A DNA stretch of 28,454 bases. Source: Macrostomum lignano (taxonomy: Eukaryota). Where the stretch lies: contig NIVC01005018.1 of the NCBI GenBank assembly GCA_002269645.1, forward strand, positions 1 through 28,454, read 5' to 3'. The notes beneath the pieces were generated by a model, which worked only from the letters and a program-made list of their open reading frames with translations, was not told the DNA's origin and did no database searches. The position numbers and the translations under genes were made by a program. Shown here one piece after another: positions 14,070 through 25,440 of this stretch (position 1 is its first letter; the number at the start of each line of letters is the position of its first letter).

Positions 14070-14495
14070 CAGCGGGCGCGGCCGGCTGGCTGGCTATAGT
14101 CTGCACCAGCTGCTGCTGCCCCAACTCGTCGGGCAGCGTCAGGCTTTGAATGCGCAAACTCTTCGAGTCTAACGGCACTGACTGCATAGGCAGCTTCTGC
14201 TCAGCTGATTGCTGCATTATTTGAATAGTGCGCTGCTGTTGCTGCTGCTGAGTTTGCTGTTGCAGCTGTTGTTGCAGTTGCTGCTGCAGCTGCTCGCTCA
14301 ACACCTGGCTCTGGTTAGCCTGCACCTGCTCGCTCGGCATCAACAGCTGAAGGCCCGCGCCGCTACCGGTTGAAGCGGCCGCCTGCTGCCGGCTGGCCAT
14401 CTCCAGTATGGTCTGCGCCGCCTGCATCTCCTGGCTGCTGCGCGCGCTGCCACTGCCGCCGCCACCGCTGCCGACTTCGGCCCCGAGAGGTGCCG
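14070..14495 (-). CDS. shn: Schnurri/HIVEP-like protein exon (Q-rich)
   Basis: Acceptor CAATTCAG|CG and donor G|GTAAGA; 426 nt, phase 1 to phase 1, open frame matching the track ORF 14047-14529. Confidence 0.85.
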
Positions 14496-14536
14496 CTGAA
14501 TTGAGGAAATTATGGAAAAGCCGAATCATTAATTGA

Positions 14537-14668
14537 GAACTGATCTCTACTGACCCTTCAGTCAGTCAGTGGGAACTGATCCCTACTGATCCTTCAGTCA
14601 GTCAGTGGGAACTGATCCCTACTGATCCTTCAGTCAGTCAGTGGGAGCTGATCCCTACTGATCCTTCA
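14537..14668. repeat. 36-bp tandem repeat (CTACTGATCCTTCAGTCAGTCAGTGGGAACTGATCC), about 3.5 copies, in Schnurri intron 14496-14720
   Basis: CTACTGA recurs at 14547, 14583, 14619 and 14655. Confidence 0.92.
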
Positions 14669-14720
14669 GGGAACTGTTTTTTTAAACATCAAAAATCGAA
14701 AATCTGAGGACTCAACTCAC

Positions 14721-15779
14721 AATCAGCTGGCTGCACCGGAAGACCCATGCCAACTATTCCGGCCTGCTGCTGCTGCTGCTGCTGTTGAATACTCACTGGC
14801 AGAGCCGAGGACAAGGTGAGTCCCTGCGCCTGCAGCTGACCCGAACCGGACACCTGCAGCTGCTGTAGAATTGAGCTGTCAATCTTTACTGGCACCTGGA
14901 CTGGATTGCCGCCGGCCTGGTTTAAGGTCAGCACACCGACTGTCATTGACTGCTGCTGCTGTTGCGGCTGCTGTTGTTGCTGCTGCTGCTGTTGCTGGGG
15001 CTGCTGAAAGCCAAGCGACGAGAGAACCAGATTCGATTGTTGTTGTTGTTGTTGTTGTTGCTGTTGCTGCTGCTGCTGTTGTTGATGTTGCTGGCGTCCC
15101 ATAAGGTTAAGCGTAGAACTAATACTCTGAGACATAGCCGCAGAAAATGGTTCCTGCTTGAATCCTGCCAATCCTTGAAGCAGCTGCAGGTTGATGTCGT
15201 GGTTTTGAAGCTGCAAGCTGTCGAACATGCTGGCCGATGTTACAGGCTTAGCTGCGCTGGTAAGGCTAATAGAGCTGGACTGCTGCTGGAAGCCAGAGAA
15301 GCTGCTCAAGGACTTCCTGCCTGCATCGACGTCGAACTGAGGCACGGCAGAGCCGGCAGCAGAGCCGACAGGCAAGCTGAAGCTTGGGTTCAAGGTCAGA
15401 TTAATGCTGGGCGGAGGCTCCGACTCTAGTTTTACACCAGTCTGAGAACTAGAAATCCCGTCGGCGCCGCCTCCCTGATCGCTGCCCGAGGTGCCGCATG
15501 CGTTTGTGAGCAGTTTCAGAATCTCAGCTAGCTGATTCAGCTGCTCTCTAGAGAGATTCAAGCCTGTTGTTTGCTGCTGCTGCTGTTGTTGTTGTTGCTG
15601 TTGTTGTTGTTGTTGCTGCTGTTGCTGCTGTTGTTGCTCAAGTTGTTGCTGCTGTTGCTGCTGAGCCTGCAACTGTAACTGCTGTTGATAGAGCTGATGA
15701 TTGCGCAAATTAAATTGGAAACCGGCTGTGGACACCTCGGAGGCTAACGAGCCGGATGTGAGCCCAGCGCCATCGAGGA

Positions 15780-15810
<31 letters not shown>

Positions 15811-16731
15811 AAGATCGAAGCTGTGCTGCCGGGTGACGCCGCTCTCAAAGGACGCCATCCGAGACCCAGCCGATTCAAAGCCGGACTCAAAGGACGCCTG
15901 CTGATTCGCCCGGCCCAATCTGGCTAGCTCGCTGGCGGCCTGCTGGCGCTCAGCCTCGGCCATCATCTCCTCTTCCTCTTCGTCTTCCTCTCTCATGCTG
16001 GTGACGTCAATATTGTGCCCCGACTCGTCCATGGTCTGGTCGTCGCTGTCTTCCCCATCCTCCAGGCTGGAGTTGAATTGACCAGGCGCCAGCTCGGCGC
16101 CTATTGTACCGTCGGGATTGCGAGTGCGGTGCATCTTGGACTTCAGGTGCTTGTACAGGTTGCTCTTGGTCTTAAAGGACAGGTTGCACGTCTCGCACGG
16201 ATAGGGTCGTTCATTCGTATGTGTCCTAATATGCTTCTCTAGTACGCTCGGCTTGGAGCATTTCACGCCGCACATTTTGCATTTGTACTTGCCGTCCTTG
16301 TATGGATATTTCCTCGGCCGACCTTTGGTCGACGGCGGACTGTAGGGATAACCGGCCGGCTTGCCAACGCCCCGTTCATCTTCGGCAGTTTCAGCGAGAG
16401 AGCCTTGAGCTGCGTCAGCGTCTGCATCTGCAGAACCGATTGCTCGCAGAGCCGCGGGATTGGGCTGCGCAAGAGCTTTGCTAGAATCTTTGCTGGCTAC
16501 TGTTAGTAGTGCATCCACGATTTGAGTATTATAATTTCCGCTGGGGTCCACAGGAACGTCAGTTCTATTTAAAGAACTAGCGCTAGCAGCATCGGAGCTA
16601 CGCCCGTACCTTGAATCTTGAATTAGAGATGGCCGCGAGGACGAACACCGGAGTACTTGCTCGCTTCCATCTTCATTTATTTCTATTCTCACTGTCTTCT
16701 TTAGAGGCCTTGGTGCAGTAGTCGAAGACAT
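14721..16731 (-). CDS. shn: Schnurri/HIVEP-like protein, large 5' coding exon with the first zinc-finger pair and polyQ tracts
   Basis: [66 protein letters not shown]; ATG at 16731; donor T|GTGAGT at 14720. The joined five-exon CDS is 4899 nt, a multiple of 3. The true start may lie in an upstream exon. Confidence 0.93.
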
Positions 16732-17140
16732 TGTTAACTTCGATACAGGTAGCGCCGATAAACTTTGAAAGGTCTAGTTGAGCATACGGCAGGAAAAACC
16801 CTGTCAAACGTAGCAAAGAGAATCACCGCATGCATGACATGACACTGACAGAAAATTGAAAAAACTAATTTACACTCCATGAGGCTTGATTACCTAGGCT
16901 AAACCTTGAATTGAATGGGAAGATCAAAATATATCTTTTCTCAGAATCTCAAAATCATAGAAAAATATGGATTATAAGCTAGCTAGTTTAGTTTTTCCAC
17001 TAATTGAAGATAGGTTGGTTAGGATATTGGCTATATAATAATTTAGCTGATCGGCAGGATATGAGCTTGAAAAGAAAAGTAGAAAATCTTTGTAATTGTT
17101 GACATTGAGATTTGCAATGTTATTCGTTTAGTTTACTTAC

Positions 17141-17214
17141 CTTTTTGACGATGTAGATCTTGCTGTTCTGGCTCTGGTCGTCGTATTTTTGGGTGATAAG
17201 GTGCACAAATCTAC
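17141..17214 (-). other. Candidate upstream exon of the Schnurri gene (UTR or coding)
   Basis: Flanked by a long pyrimidine tract plus CATAG acceptor (CCTGTTCTCACTTCTCTCTTGGATATTTCATAG|) and a consensus AAG|GTAAGT donor. Confidence 0.5.
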
Positions 17215-18767
17215 CTATGAAATATCCAAGAGAGAAGTGAGAACAGGCGAACACAACTGGCGGGGTGGCTGACTGCTGAGCGACTTAGACAATTTAAGCG
17301 CCCAGCGAACTACTATTGTGCGGAGAACCCTTTTTTACCCAGTCAGCAGTCAGAGAGATTCGCGGGGCGGCTAGTTCAGTTTGGCCTGTACACTGGGGGT
17401 AGAGAGGAGAGGACAGTGGAAAACCCTGTATTTAGCTCTCAGGGCCTGCCAGACTGCGTTACTAAGCAACGGGCGCTAGATAGCCCCCTAGCCTGCCTTC
17501 CCTCCCCCCAGTCTACCCCAAGAGTATTGATTTATGCGACAAAAGGAAATTAAAAGCCTGTAGAGGGCAGGGCGGCGGGGCTGCCCCAATGTGGACTCCC
17601 GGGGAAGGATTCACCCCCCGCGCCAGAGAAAACCTCTGGCCCTGCCTTCCACCCCTCTAAGTCGATAAGATACGTACATTAAACCCCATGCGCTTGTTCT
17701 CTCCTCTTTCCCGCTGGAACGCTAGTTTACAGACATATCACACTGTACATTAAGTTCTGCAGATTTGATGTGCAATCGTGAAGGGCCAGCCAAGGGTGTT
17801 TTCTCTTGCAAGTCCGAGTGAAGTTCTGTTTTGCCCACTGGACCGATAGGGCCAAAGGAAAGCCCGAGAACCTCCGTTGTCGTGGTTAATATTTTTGTAT
17901 TGCAACGAAAGTACCACACCCCAACTCCGTTCGGGCATGCGCAAAGCCAAACTACCAAGCAATCCTAGCTAGAACCTAGAAATGCTAAATGCAATGCAGT
18001 TTAGCCTTTAGGTGAAGCCATGAAAGGCAACATATGCGAGACACCTTCTTGGCAATATCTAATTCTGTACAGCGAAAGACGAAAGTGTATTATGGTTATG
18101 GCCAATTAGCTGCCTGCCTGTCTGCCTTCGTTATTTAAATTCAGGGAGTTGTTGTTTCACCATTTTCTATGCTACATCTACATGTAACGTACGCAAAATA
18201 TCTCCACTGTACAACTGAACTAACTCCTTCTATAGTAACTTCGTACAAGGAGGTTTGCACTGTGCAGTGTGCACATGTACAGCAGCCTATTCTAAAAAGA
18301 GAATCAACCGTTGTCTTAGTCTGTATCCTTGCATGAATAACGAATAAAAATAGCTGGTTTCGTAGAATGCTATCTAGATTTCAGTTTTCATGCTAAAATT
18401 ATACGAAGTGTTTTGTTTCAGTTCAAAAGCGACAAAAAGCGCAAGAAACTTACGCAACCCAAATGTAGCTAGCCGCTATTTAGCCTGGTTTGTTTTACTT
18501 GCACAACCCATCCTCCGATCAAATATTGAGGGCTGTTAAAGAGCCTTCTTATGAAAGTTGGTATAAATAGTTGATTTTCATTAAGCTAACTTCCCGAGAA
18601 TATCCATATCTTTTGTGAGATGTTGCCAAAACGCTTCTTAAAACTCTCTGGCTGCGGAAATTCGTGTTAATGATGTGAGCTGGATTTTTGCCACGGACTA
18701 TCAATGTTTGAATTGTCTTGAATTAGCAAGCTTTGAGATGTGAGAACTGCACTAAATATAGCTTGTT

Positions 18768-19500
18768 GCAGCCCAATTGGACCTACGCAAATTGAATTTT
18801 ATCCAAGATACGTTAGCCAATGTAATGGACTTTTGTCTATGGTAGCAAGGCTGGCACAGCGGCATTTAATTTGGTCCTACAAGCATCAATTTGGTCGTGA
18901 GCCATTCGAGAAACTTTTGCCTTCTCGCAACTGTCTGGAGGTTGTTGCATACCGCTGGAATGTCAGCGGTTCTAGCTCGTACCAACAATTTTCAGTCGCT
19001 TTTCCAGCTAGAGCTCTGCTGATAGTCAAAATTTATAACTGACTGGAACTGTTCCTTCAAATTCTGCTGCATTTTCTGCAACGTCAACAAAGGGTTTGTC
19101 TCAACTGCGTCGAGTTACGAGTAGCAGTTCATGGATCTGAGGCTCTCAAGCAACTTGCCTTGGCGATTGCCACCCTTTCGCAGGCATTCTCTTCCGGCAG
19201 AGTTTAAACTCGCTGATGGATGCTGTAAACCATATTTTTTATATTCAGCAACCTTGCAACCTTGCAATGTCCTTTGGGTGTTCACCTCTGTCGAGTGCTT
19301 CGATCACAAGCCAATGACATTCGTTCAACAGCCTAGCATATGACCACAATCAGCAGTTGCAAATGAAGCTATGGACCAAATTGATGCTTGTTGGACCAAA
19401 TTAAATGCCGCTGTGCCAGCCTTGCTACCATAGACAAAAGCTCCATTTCATTAGCAAACGTATCTTGAATTAAATTTAATGCGCGTTATGGGTAGGCTGC
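18768..19500 (-). mobile_element. Internally deleted Tc1/mariner-IS630-like DNA transposon with long inverted repeats
   Basis: The inverted repeat cores 18831-18896 and 19374-19439 match at 65 of 66 positions and extend degenerately to about 110 bp. Between them, broken minus-strand frames give LVIEALDRGEHPKDIARL, KGGNRQGKL, AVETNPLLTLQKMQQNLKEQF, TISRAL and RRQKFLEW, resembling a Tc1/IS630 N-terminal HTH region (recognised by eye). Exact termini and target site duplication not resolved. Confidence 0.7.
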
Positions 19501-21004
19501 CTGGGTTGAAACGCGATTGAAACGCTCTACATTTGTCCGCCGTCACTGTCTATGGTCTACATTTGTCTCACACTGCAGAGCAAACAAACATGAATGAAAT
19601 ACGAAATAAACGTAAGAATTCAGTAAATAACGTTTGAACACAGAATGATATGTGGTTGGATAGTTCATCAATAGTTACCTCAAATACGTGGTCGTAGTTA
19701 GAAACTGCAATCCACGACACATCTGTCTAGCGTGGTGTAATGTTGAATGTGCTTGGATTGGACAATTCTGCGTCAATCAACTGCTGCTGTCTTACGCTCA
19801 GACCAGTCCACTGACTAACTTCTTCACCAGGATCACGATGTCCAAGTTGCTGCAGAAACGCAATCTCATTCATTTCTAAACCGCTAATATCTTCCTCTAG
19901 TATTGATTCCCAGTGAAAATGGCTAATTCCGAACCTTTAAAGCTGTTTAAATCTTATTTTCTCTCCCACCCACCAGGAGAAGAATTCTTCAAACTCTATT
20001 TGGGTTTCAACCATAGACAGTCTCCGCGGACTGCGAAACCGCCACTAAGCATATAGCTAAAGCTTTTTCAACCATAGACAGTTTCTGTGGACGTGAAACC
20101 GCGTTGTGCGTCCGCGCTTCAGCCTACCGATAACACTAATATGGACTGGCTGTTGAGGACTGAAATGAAGCTATATTATATTATACGAGTATAATGCTAA
20201 TGAGGAAACTGTGTAACGAAGACTTACGGTAATACTTATTGAAAGGGTTATCAATTCCAAAAGGAGGTACAATAATGCAACTATACATGTCGTCCTCCCC
20301 GATGGGGGAAAGTTCAGTAGGTTTACTGCATCTGCGAATGAAACCGACAAATTGAACAAGCCCAATTATTCCTTTTTAAGCAATGCCAGTCTCCTGTACT
20401 GCTTAACCCCTGTTACTGTCAATAGCATGCAATCTATTTATTTCTTTCTAACCTCACCAAATTAAATTCTTCAAACTGTTTATAGCACTGAGCTACACGT
20501 GAACATGCGCTTTTTTTAAATTAGATAGCTGGCTACATATGCATGTTGCTAAAATAATGTCCATTCGGCCAGTACGCGAGAGCGTACATGTACATCCACA
20601 GTTTTCATGTAGCCGATAACATTAGCAAGTGTGGCAAGCTATTAATTACCGCTGTTAGCGAATGCGAAACTAAGTGTGCTGTGTACAGTAAATGGCGTGT
20701 TATCTTGTAAGCTGTTGCTGTACTACAGTAAACGGTACCATGCATGCGACCATGTACACGAAACTCATTTGCAGTTAACTATCTGATTGCTGTTCTTGAA
20801 AATGCAGTGCGGCTTATGGAACTGCAAACCAGTTACAGCAGAGCATATTATAACAGTTTATTTATAGACATTTGTTTCAACTGTCAAGACTAGCAAATAA
20901 ATGCTGTGCTAAATCTTTTTCCTGAAACAATCACGACAACGAGCGCTTTGCTTTGCACGGAATGCATCGATATAGATGCACCTATATGAGCACACTCATT
21001 GGAC

Positions 21005-21640
21005 TAATGGGGACTGGGCACACTCGCTAGACTGATGGGGACTTGAGCACAATCACAGGACTGGTAGGGACTGAGCACACTCGCAGGACTGGTGGGGACT
21101 GAGCACACTCTCAGGACTGGTAGGGACTGAGCACACTCGCAGGACTGGTGGGGACTGAGCACACTCTCAGGACTGGTAGGGACTGAGCACACTCGCAGGA
21201 CTGGTAGGGACTGAGCACACTCTCAGGACTGGCAGGGACTGAGCACACTCGCAGGACTGGTAGGGACTGAGCACACTCGCAGGACTGGCAGGGACTGAGC
21301 ACACTCGCAGGACTGGTGGGGACTGAGCACACTCTCAGGACTGGCAGGGACTGAGCACACTCGCAGGACTGGTGGGGACTGAGCACACTCTCAGGACTGG
21401 TAGGGACTGAGCACACTCGCTAGACTGATGGGGACTTGACTCACTTGAGCACACTCACAGGACTGGTAGGGACTGAGCACACTCGTAGACTGATGGGGAC
21501 TTGACTCACTTGAGCACACTCTCAGGACTGGTAGGGACTGAGCACACTCTCAGGACTGGTAGGGACTGAGCACACTCGCTAGACTGATGGGGACTTGACT
21601 CACTTGAGCACACTCACAGGACTGGTAGAGACTGAGCACC
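21005..21640. repeat. 28-bp minisatellite (GGGACTGAGCACACTC[G/T]CAGGACTGGT[A/G]), about 22 copies, intergenic
   Basis: CTGGT recurs at 21061, 21089, 21117 and onward; longer variant units (TAGACTGATGGGGACTTGACTCACTT) occur near the ends. Confidence 0.95.
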
Positions 21641-22563
21641 AGAACGCTGGATCTGCAATAATTGATGCAAAGCTCAAATCTCATGTTGCAATTGTACAAG
21701 CGCTTCTGCTATGTCCTAAGAACAGCAGAAGATAATTTTATCGCGCAAATAAAACATTGAAGAAGCTTCTAAAGTGTGTCACGCCTATTCAACATTAAGC
21801 CTGGGTGCAAATACGAGTATCATCAGGTATTCGTAAGGATTTTCTATAAGCAAAACGAATGGCGCGATTGATTTTTCATCTCGTACTTATCACCTGCAGA
21901 GGCGGGGCCGATTTGAAAATCTATTTTTACACTGCGCACTCAGGTTAATGGGTCTGTAGAGTAAGATAGGGCGAAAAAATTTAGCGACTCAAATGAATGA
22001 AAAAAGGATGCACAGCACAGCATCAGAAAAATTGACACTGGCTAATCTGATTTTGCTTCGCTCTGTAAGAGCAAGAGTAAGAACACGTGCAAGAGCACTT
22101 TTGTGAGGGTTTTGCGTCACCGCTCTACCGGTAGATATACGGCGTATTTCAGTCGGATGGAACAAAGGCAATTTTTAGCGTCAGCGGAAGAGCTCAATGA
22201 TAGTGATAGCCGTTGGGAAAATTTAAGCAGCGAGGAGGTAGCACAATGGAAGCTTTTGAGGCATGGAAATTTGTCTCAACCTCCTTCATAACCGAATGGA
22301 ACGGGAAGAAATGCTTTCGCTATAGCAATAATTACAGGGGACAGAAAGGTACGATTAACAATGGCATATACGGCTTAAAATCTGGGATTTTAACTGCAGC
22401 CCGCGATGAATAAGTGCGTCAGATCGGGCTGCCTGACGTCACGGAATTCGTTACAGGTTACAGTTCCCCCTGTACTCCATTTAGCCGATTGCTAGCTAGG
22501 TTGGAAAGCTTGCCGCAGCCAGCGGTAATAGGTATTTTAACAGCTCAGGCAGAAGACAGAGAG

Positions 22564-22777
22564 AGCTATCAGGGGATAGGGGCTATCAGGGGACAGGGGC
22601 TATCAGGGGACAGGGGCTATCAGGGGACAGGGGCTATCAGGGGACAGGGGCTATCAGGGGACAGGGGCTATCAGGGGACAGGGGCTATCAGGGGCTATCA
22701 GGGGACAGGGGCTACCAGGGGACAGGGGCTATCAGGGGACAGGGGCTATCAGGGGACAGGGGCTATCAGGGGACAGG
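22564..22777 (+). repeat. 18-bp G-rich minisatellite (GGGGCTATCAGGGGACAG), about 12 copies; predicted G-quadruplex array
   Basis: Two GGGG runs per unit with short (3-6 nt) loops. Confidence 0.93.
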
Positions 22778-24080
22778 TTAGCCCACTCTACTACAATATG
22801 AATGCAACCTACTGGGGTTGCGTCAGAGTTTCGCAGACCAAACTACCAGTACGCCAGTGATACATGTATAAGAGCGTAAATACCATAGAGTCATTCAACT
22901 CGTTTAGGCAAAGTTACCAAAATTAAAAGAAAAACATTCACGCTCTTTAATTGGTCGTTCTTCTTATATTTGAAACGTCACAGATTCGTCGCAGTGATAA
23001 AAGAGAGAAGTTATACTATTAAAAGACGACAGTATGGTCGAATGTAATAAAAAAGGCCGTGACTAGAAAGTAGAGTGAATCGTTGAATTTAAAAGACAAC
23101 CAGGACAATAAAAAGTTTCTATTAAAAATTATCATTAGAAGTAACTAAAGGTGAAGTAGGCAATGTTGATAAAAACGTGGAGTAACTTATTGGCAAGCGT
23201 TTTGAATTGTCAGAGAACAAAATCAGGGAACAAATAAACAACTTCAAGTTAAACTTCTTTAGGTTGCTCTTATTGCAAAAAACACAAACCAAGAAAACAA
23301 AGAATATTTTGATTAGAATATCATAGATTTTGTATCATTACAGGTGAAGAGATTCAGACCTCAAACTCATCCAGAAGGTATTAAGAAGCTCACACAGAAA
23401 TATGTTGTAACTCTGGCTAGAAAAATTGCAACATGCCAAATAGGTACGGCAAAGGCAGGTAGATTCCCCCCAATTCCGCCACCAACTAACTCGCTCTCCG
23501 CATCGCTGGCTGCGGAAGAGTGAGCACCATGAGCTTTGACTCCCTTGCCTCTAGAAAAGCACGCTAGAGCACTCCTCCACTGTACACTGCTGTGGGATGC
23601 TATATTTAGCTTCGCATTTTCGATTGACCCAATGGACAGCTTGGCTGCTGCTGCCGCTGCTGCCGCCGTGGCTGCTTCTCCCAGTTTATAGCCAGAGAAA
23701 AACGAGTTGAACATAGAAATGAACAGTGCAGTAGAATGTAGTTTGTCTCTCTCTTGTCTGCCGTACCCTCCTCTCTCAACTGCCCCCGCCCAACCTCCTC
23801 CAGGCTTCCTCTCTCTGTCTCTCTCTCACTCACTCACGTGATGCCGACTGCAGAAGCCGAGAGCGAGGTACCTTGAGTGCAGTACAATGCACCCTCGGCC
23901 TTACATGCCAGAGGCTATTTGCGCTAATTTCCAGCAATACCGACAGCAGCAGCGTACAATCAAATACAGAGTTTGAAAATAATTATTCAAAGGCACACGG
24001 CACAGACGGATTGAGTGAGAGAAAAAGAGAGGAGAGAGAGAGATAGAAGAAAGGGGGTTTACCGCTCAGCGCGCACAATG

Positions 24081-24261
24081 TCAGCCGGGTGTGTGATAAG
24101 CCTCGAACCACAGGCTGCCTGATCGTTGCAGAGACCTAATAATGTCCCGCATCGCGGTTGCCAGCGGCTTCTCCGTGTACGCCAAGCTGTACTTGGAGCA
24201 CAGCGACTTCACGTACGGCTGTGCCAGCGAGAACGAGTGCCGGGGCATTGTTGGAAACAGG
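24081..24261 (-). CDS. FADS: Front-end fatty acid desaturase (FADS1/2-like), last exon (absent from the ORF track)
   Basis: CTTTTCCAG|C CTG TTT CCA... gives (H)LFPTMPRHSFSLAQPYVKSLCSKYSLAYTEKPLATAMRDIIRSLQRSGSLWFEAYHTPG then TGA, colinear with the FADS2 C-terminus. Confidence 0.95.
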
Positions 24262-24974
24262 CTGGAAAAGAGAGAGAGGAGGCATGGATTGAGAGAGTGC
24301 GGCAGCGGAGATGCACGGGTTAGACAGGAGAGGGCCCCAAGTCGGAAATATGACGCGCAACAGAGAAAAAGGTTTCTCTGCGGCTATGCGCGACATTTTT
24401 AGCTTTTTAGCTGATATCGTATCTAGCTTAGATAGAAGGCGCAAAAGTTTTGCCAAGCCAGCAAGCAGTACCTACTCCCCTCCCCGTGTAGACCAGAGCG
24501 ATGGCCAGTGCAGCGGGGGAGCGAGTTCCCTCCGAGGGAGGGGAAATTTGGACGGATTTCCCTGCCCCTGTTAAGGTCAGCCGGATGGGACGGACCCGGC
24601 CAGGCGGATTTCTGTCTAAAAAATTATCCCTATTCTAGGCTCGCACAGTGCAAGCCCTATATGGTATAGGCGCTTTCCTAGGGTTTCCTAGTGGTGTCGT
24701 ATTTCTGCATTGCTAAATCGCGATATTCAGATACATACTCAGCAACATTGAAACGTCGCCGCTCTTTGCCCCAGTGAGCAGTGTCTTTCGACCAGCATCT
24801 ATCACCTGGCCAACCATTTTGATATAAAAAAATGCTTGGAGAAACAAGCTCTGCGTCGCGTAGCGCAACTTGCGTCACTCAAAAGTCAATACTGAGCTGG
24901 AATTTACTGCGCACTACCAAAGGTGGCGACTTTTTAATTTTGTTGAGTATACTGTTGAGTAAATTGAAATTTAT

Positions 24975-25338
24975 GGCCCTGTCTAGTTCCCAAAATAGCA
25001 CTGCTCAGAGCTCATATGGCCCTGTCTAGTTCCCAAAATGGCACTGCTCAGAGCTCATATGGCCCTGTCTAGTTCCAAAATAGCACTGCTCAGAGCTCAT
25101 ATGGCGCTGTCTAGTTCCCAAAATGGCACTGCTCAGAGCTCATATGGCCCTGTCTAGTTCCCAAAATGGCACTGCTCAGAGCTCATATGGCCCTGTCTAG
25201 TTCCCAAAATGGCACTGCTCAGAGCTCATATGGCCTGTCTAGTTCCCAAAATGGCACTGCTCAGAGCTCATATGGCCCTGTCTAGTTCCCAAAATGGCAC
25301 TGCTCAGAGCTCATATGGCCCTGTCTAGTTCCCAAAAC
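24975..25338. repeat. 43-bp minisatellite (TAGTTCCCAAAATGGCACTGCTCAGAGCTCATATGGCCCTGTC), about 8 copies, in FADS intron 24262-25440
   Basis: TAGTTCC recurs at 24984, 25027, 25070 and onward. Confidence 0.95.
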
Positions 25339-25440
25339 AGCTCAAGCACTTCTCACAAACAAGAACGGGGCTTCCAACAGGCGAATTTGAAAGATCTCAA
25401 GGCATAGAAAAAAGTGGTAGCAAAATACGCCACCGCTCAC

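Noticed and set aside
10347-16484. Many plus-strand and alternate-frame ORFs over the Schnurri exons
   Set aside because: Antisense or out-of-frame shadows of GC-rich, CAG-rich coding sequence.
17330-17720. GC-rich region as the Schnurri promoter
   Set aside because: Position and composition are compatible, but no specific core element or transcription start can be supported from sequence alone.
20005-20102. Two-copy direct repeat TTTCAACCATAGACAGT...GAAACCGC, 61 bp apart
   Set aside because: Real but only two degenerate copies, with no termini or TSD to tie it to an element; treated as a local duplication.
22103-22413. Two overlapping short ORFs; RWENLSSEEVAQWK faintly recalls an HMG-box helix
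   Set aside because: Too short, no ATG-led intact frame, no convincing splice sites and the rest of the HMG pattern is absent. A BLASTX/HHpred hit would be needed.
23367-23714. 115-aa ORF with a poly-Ala run on the minus strand
   Set aside because: Downstream of the FADS stop, probably 3' UTR; driven by a GCA/GCG microsatellite; no recognisable domain.
24678-24878. Intronic ORF VSPSIFLYQNGWPGDRCW...
   Set aside because: Lies in the FADS intron between two exons whose phases already match; no family recognised.
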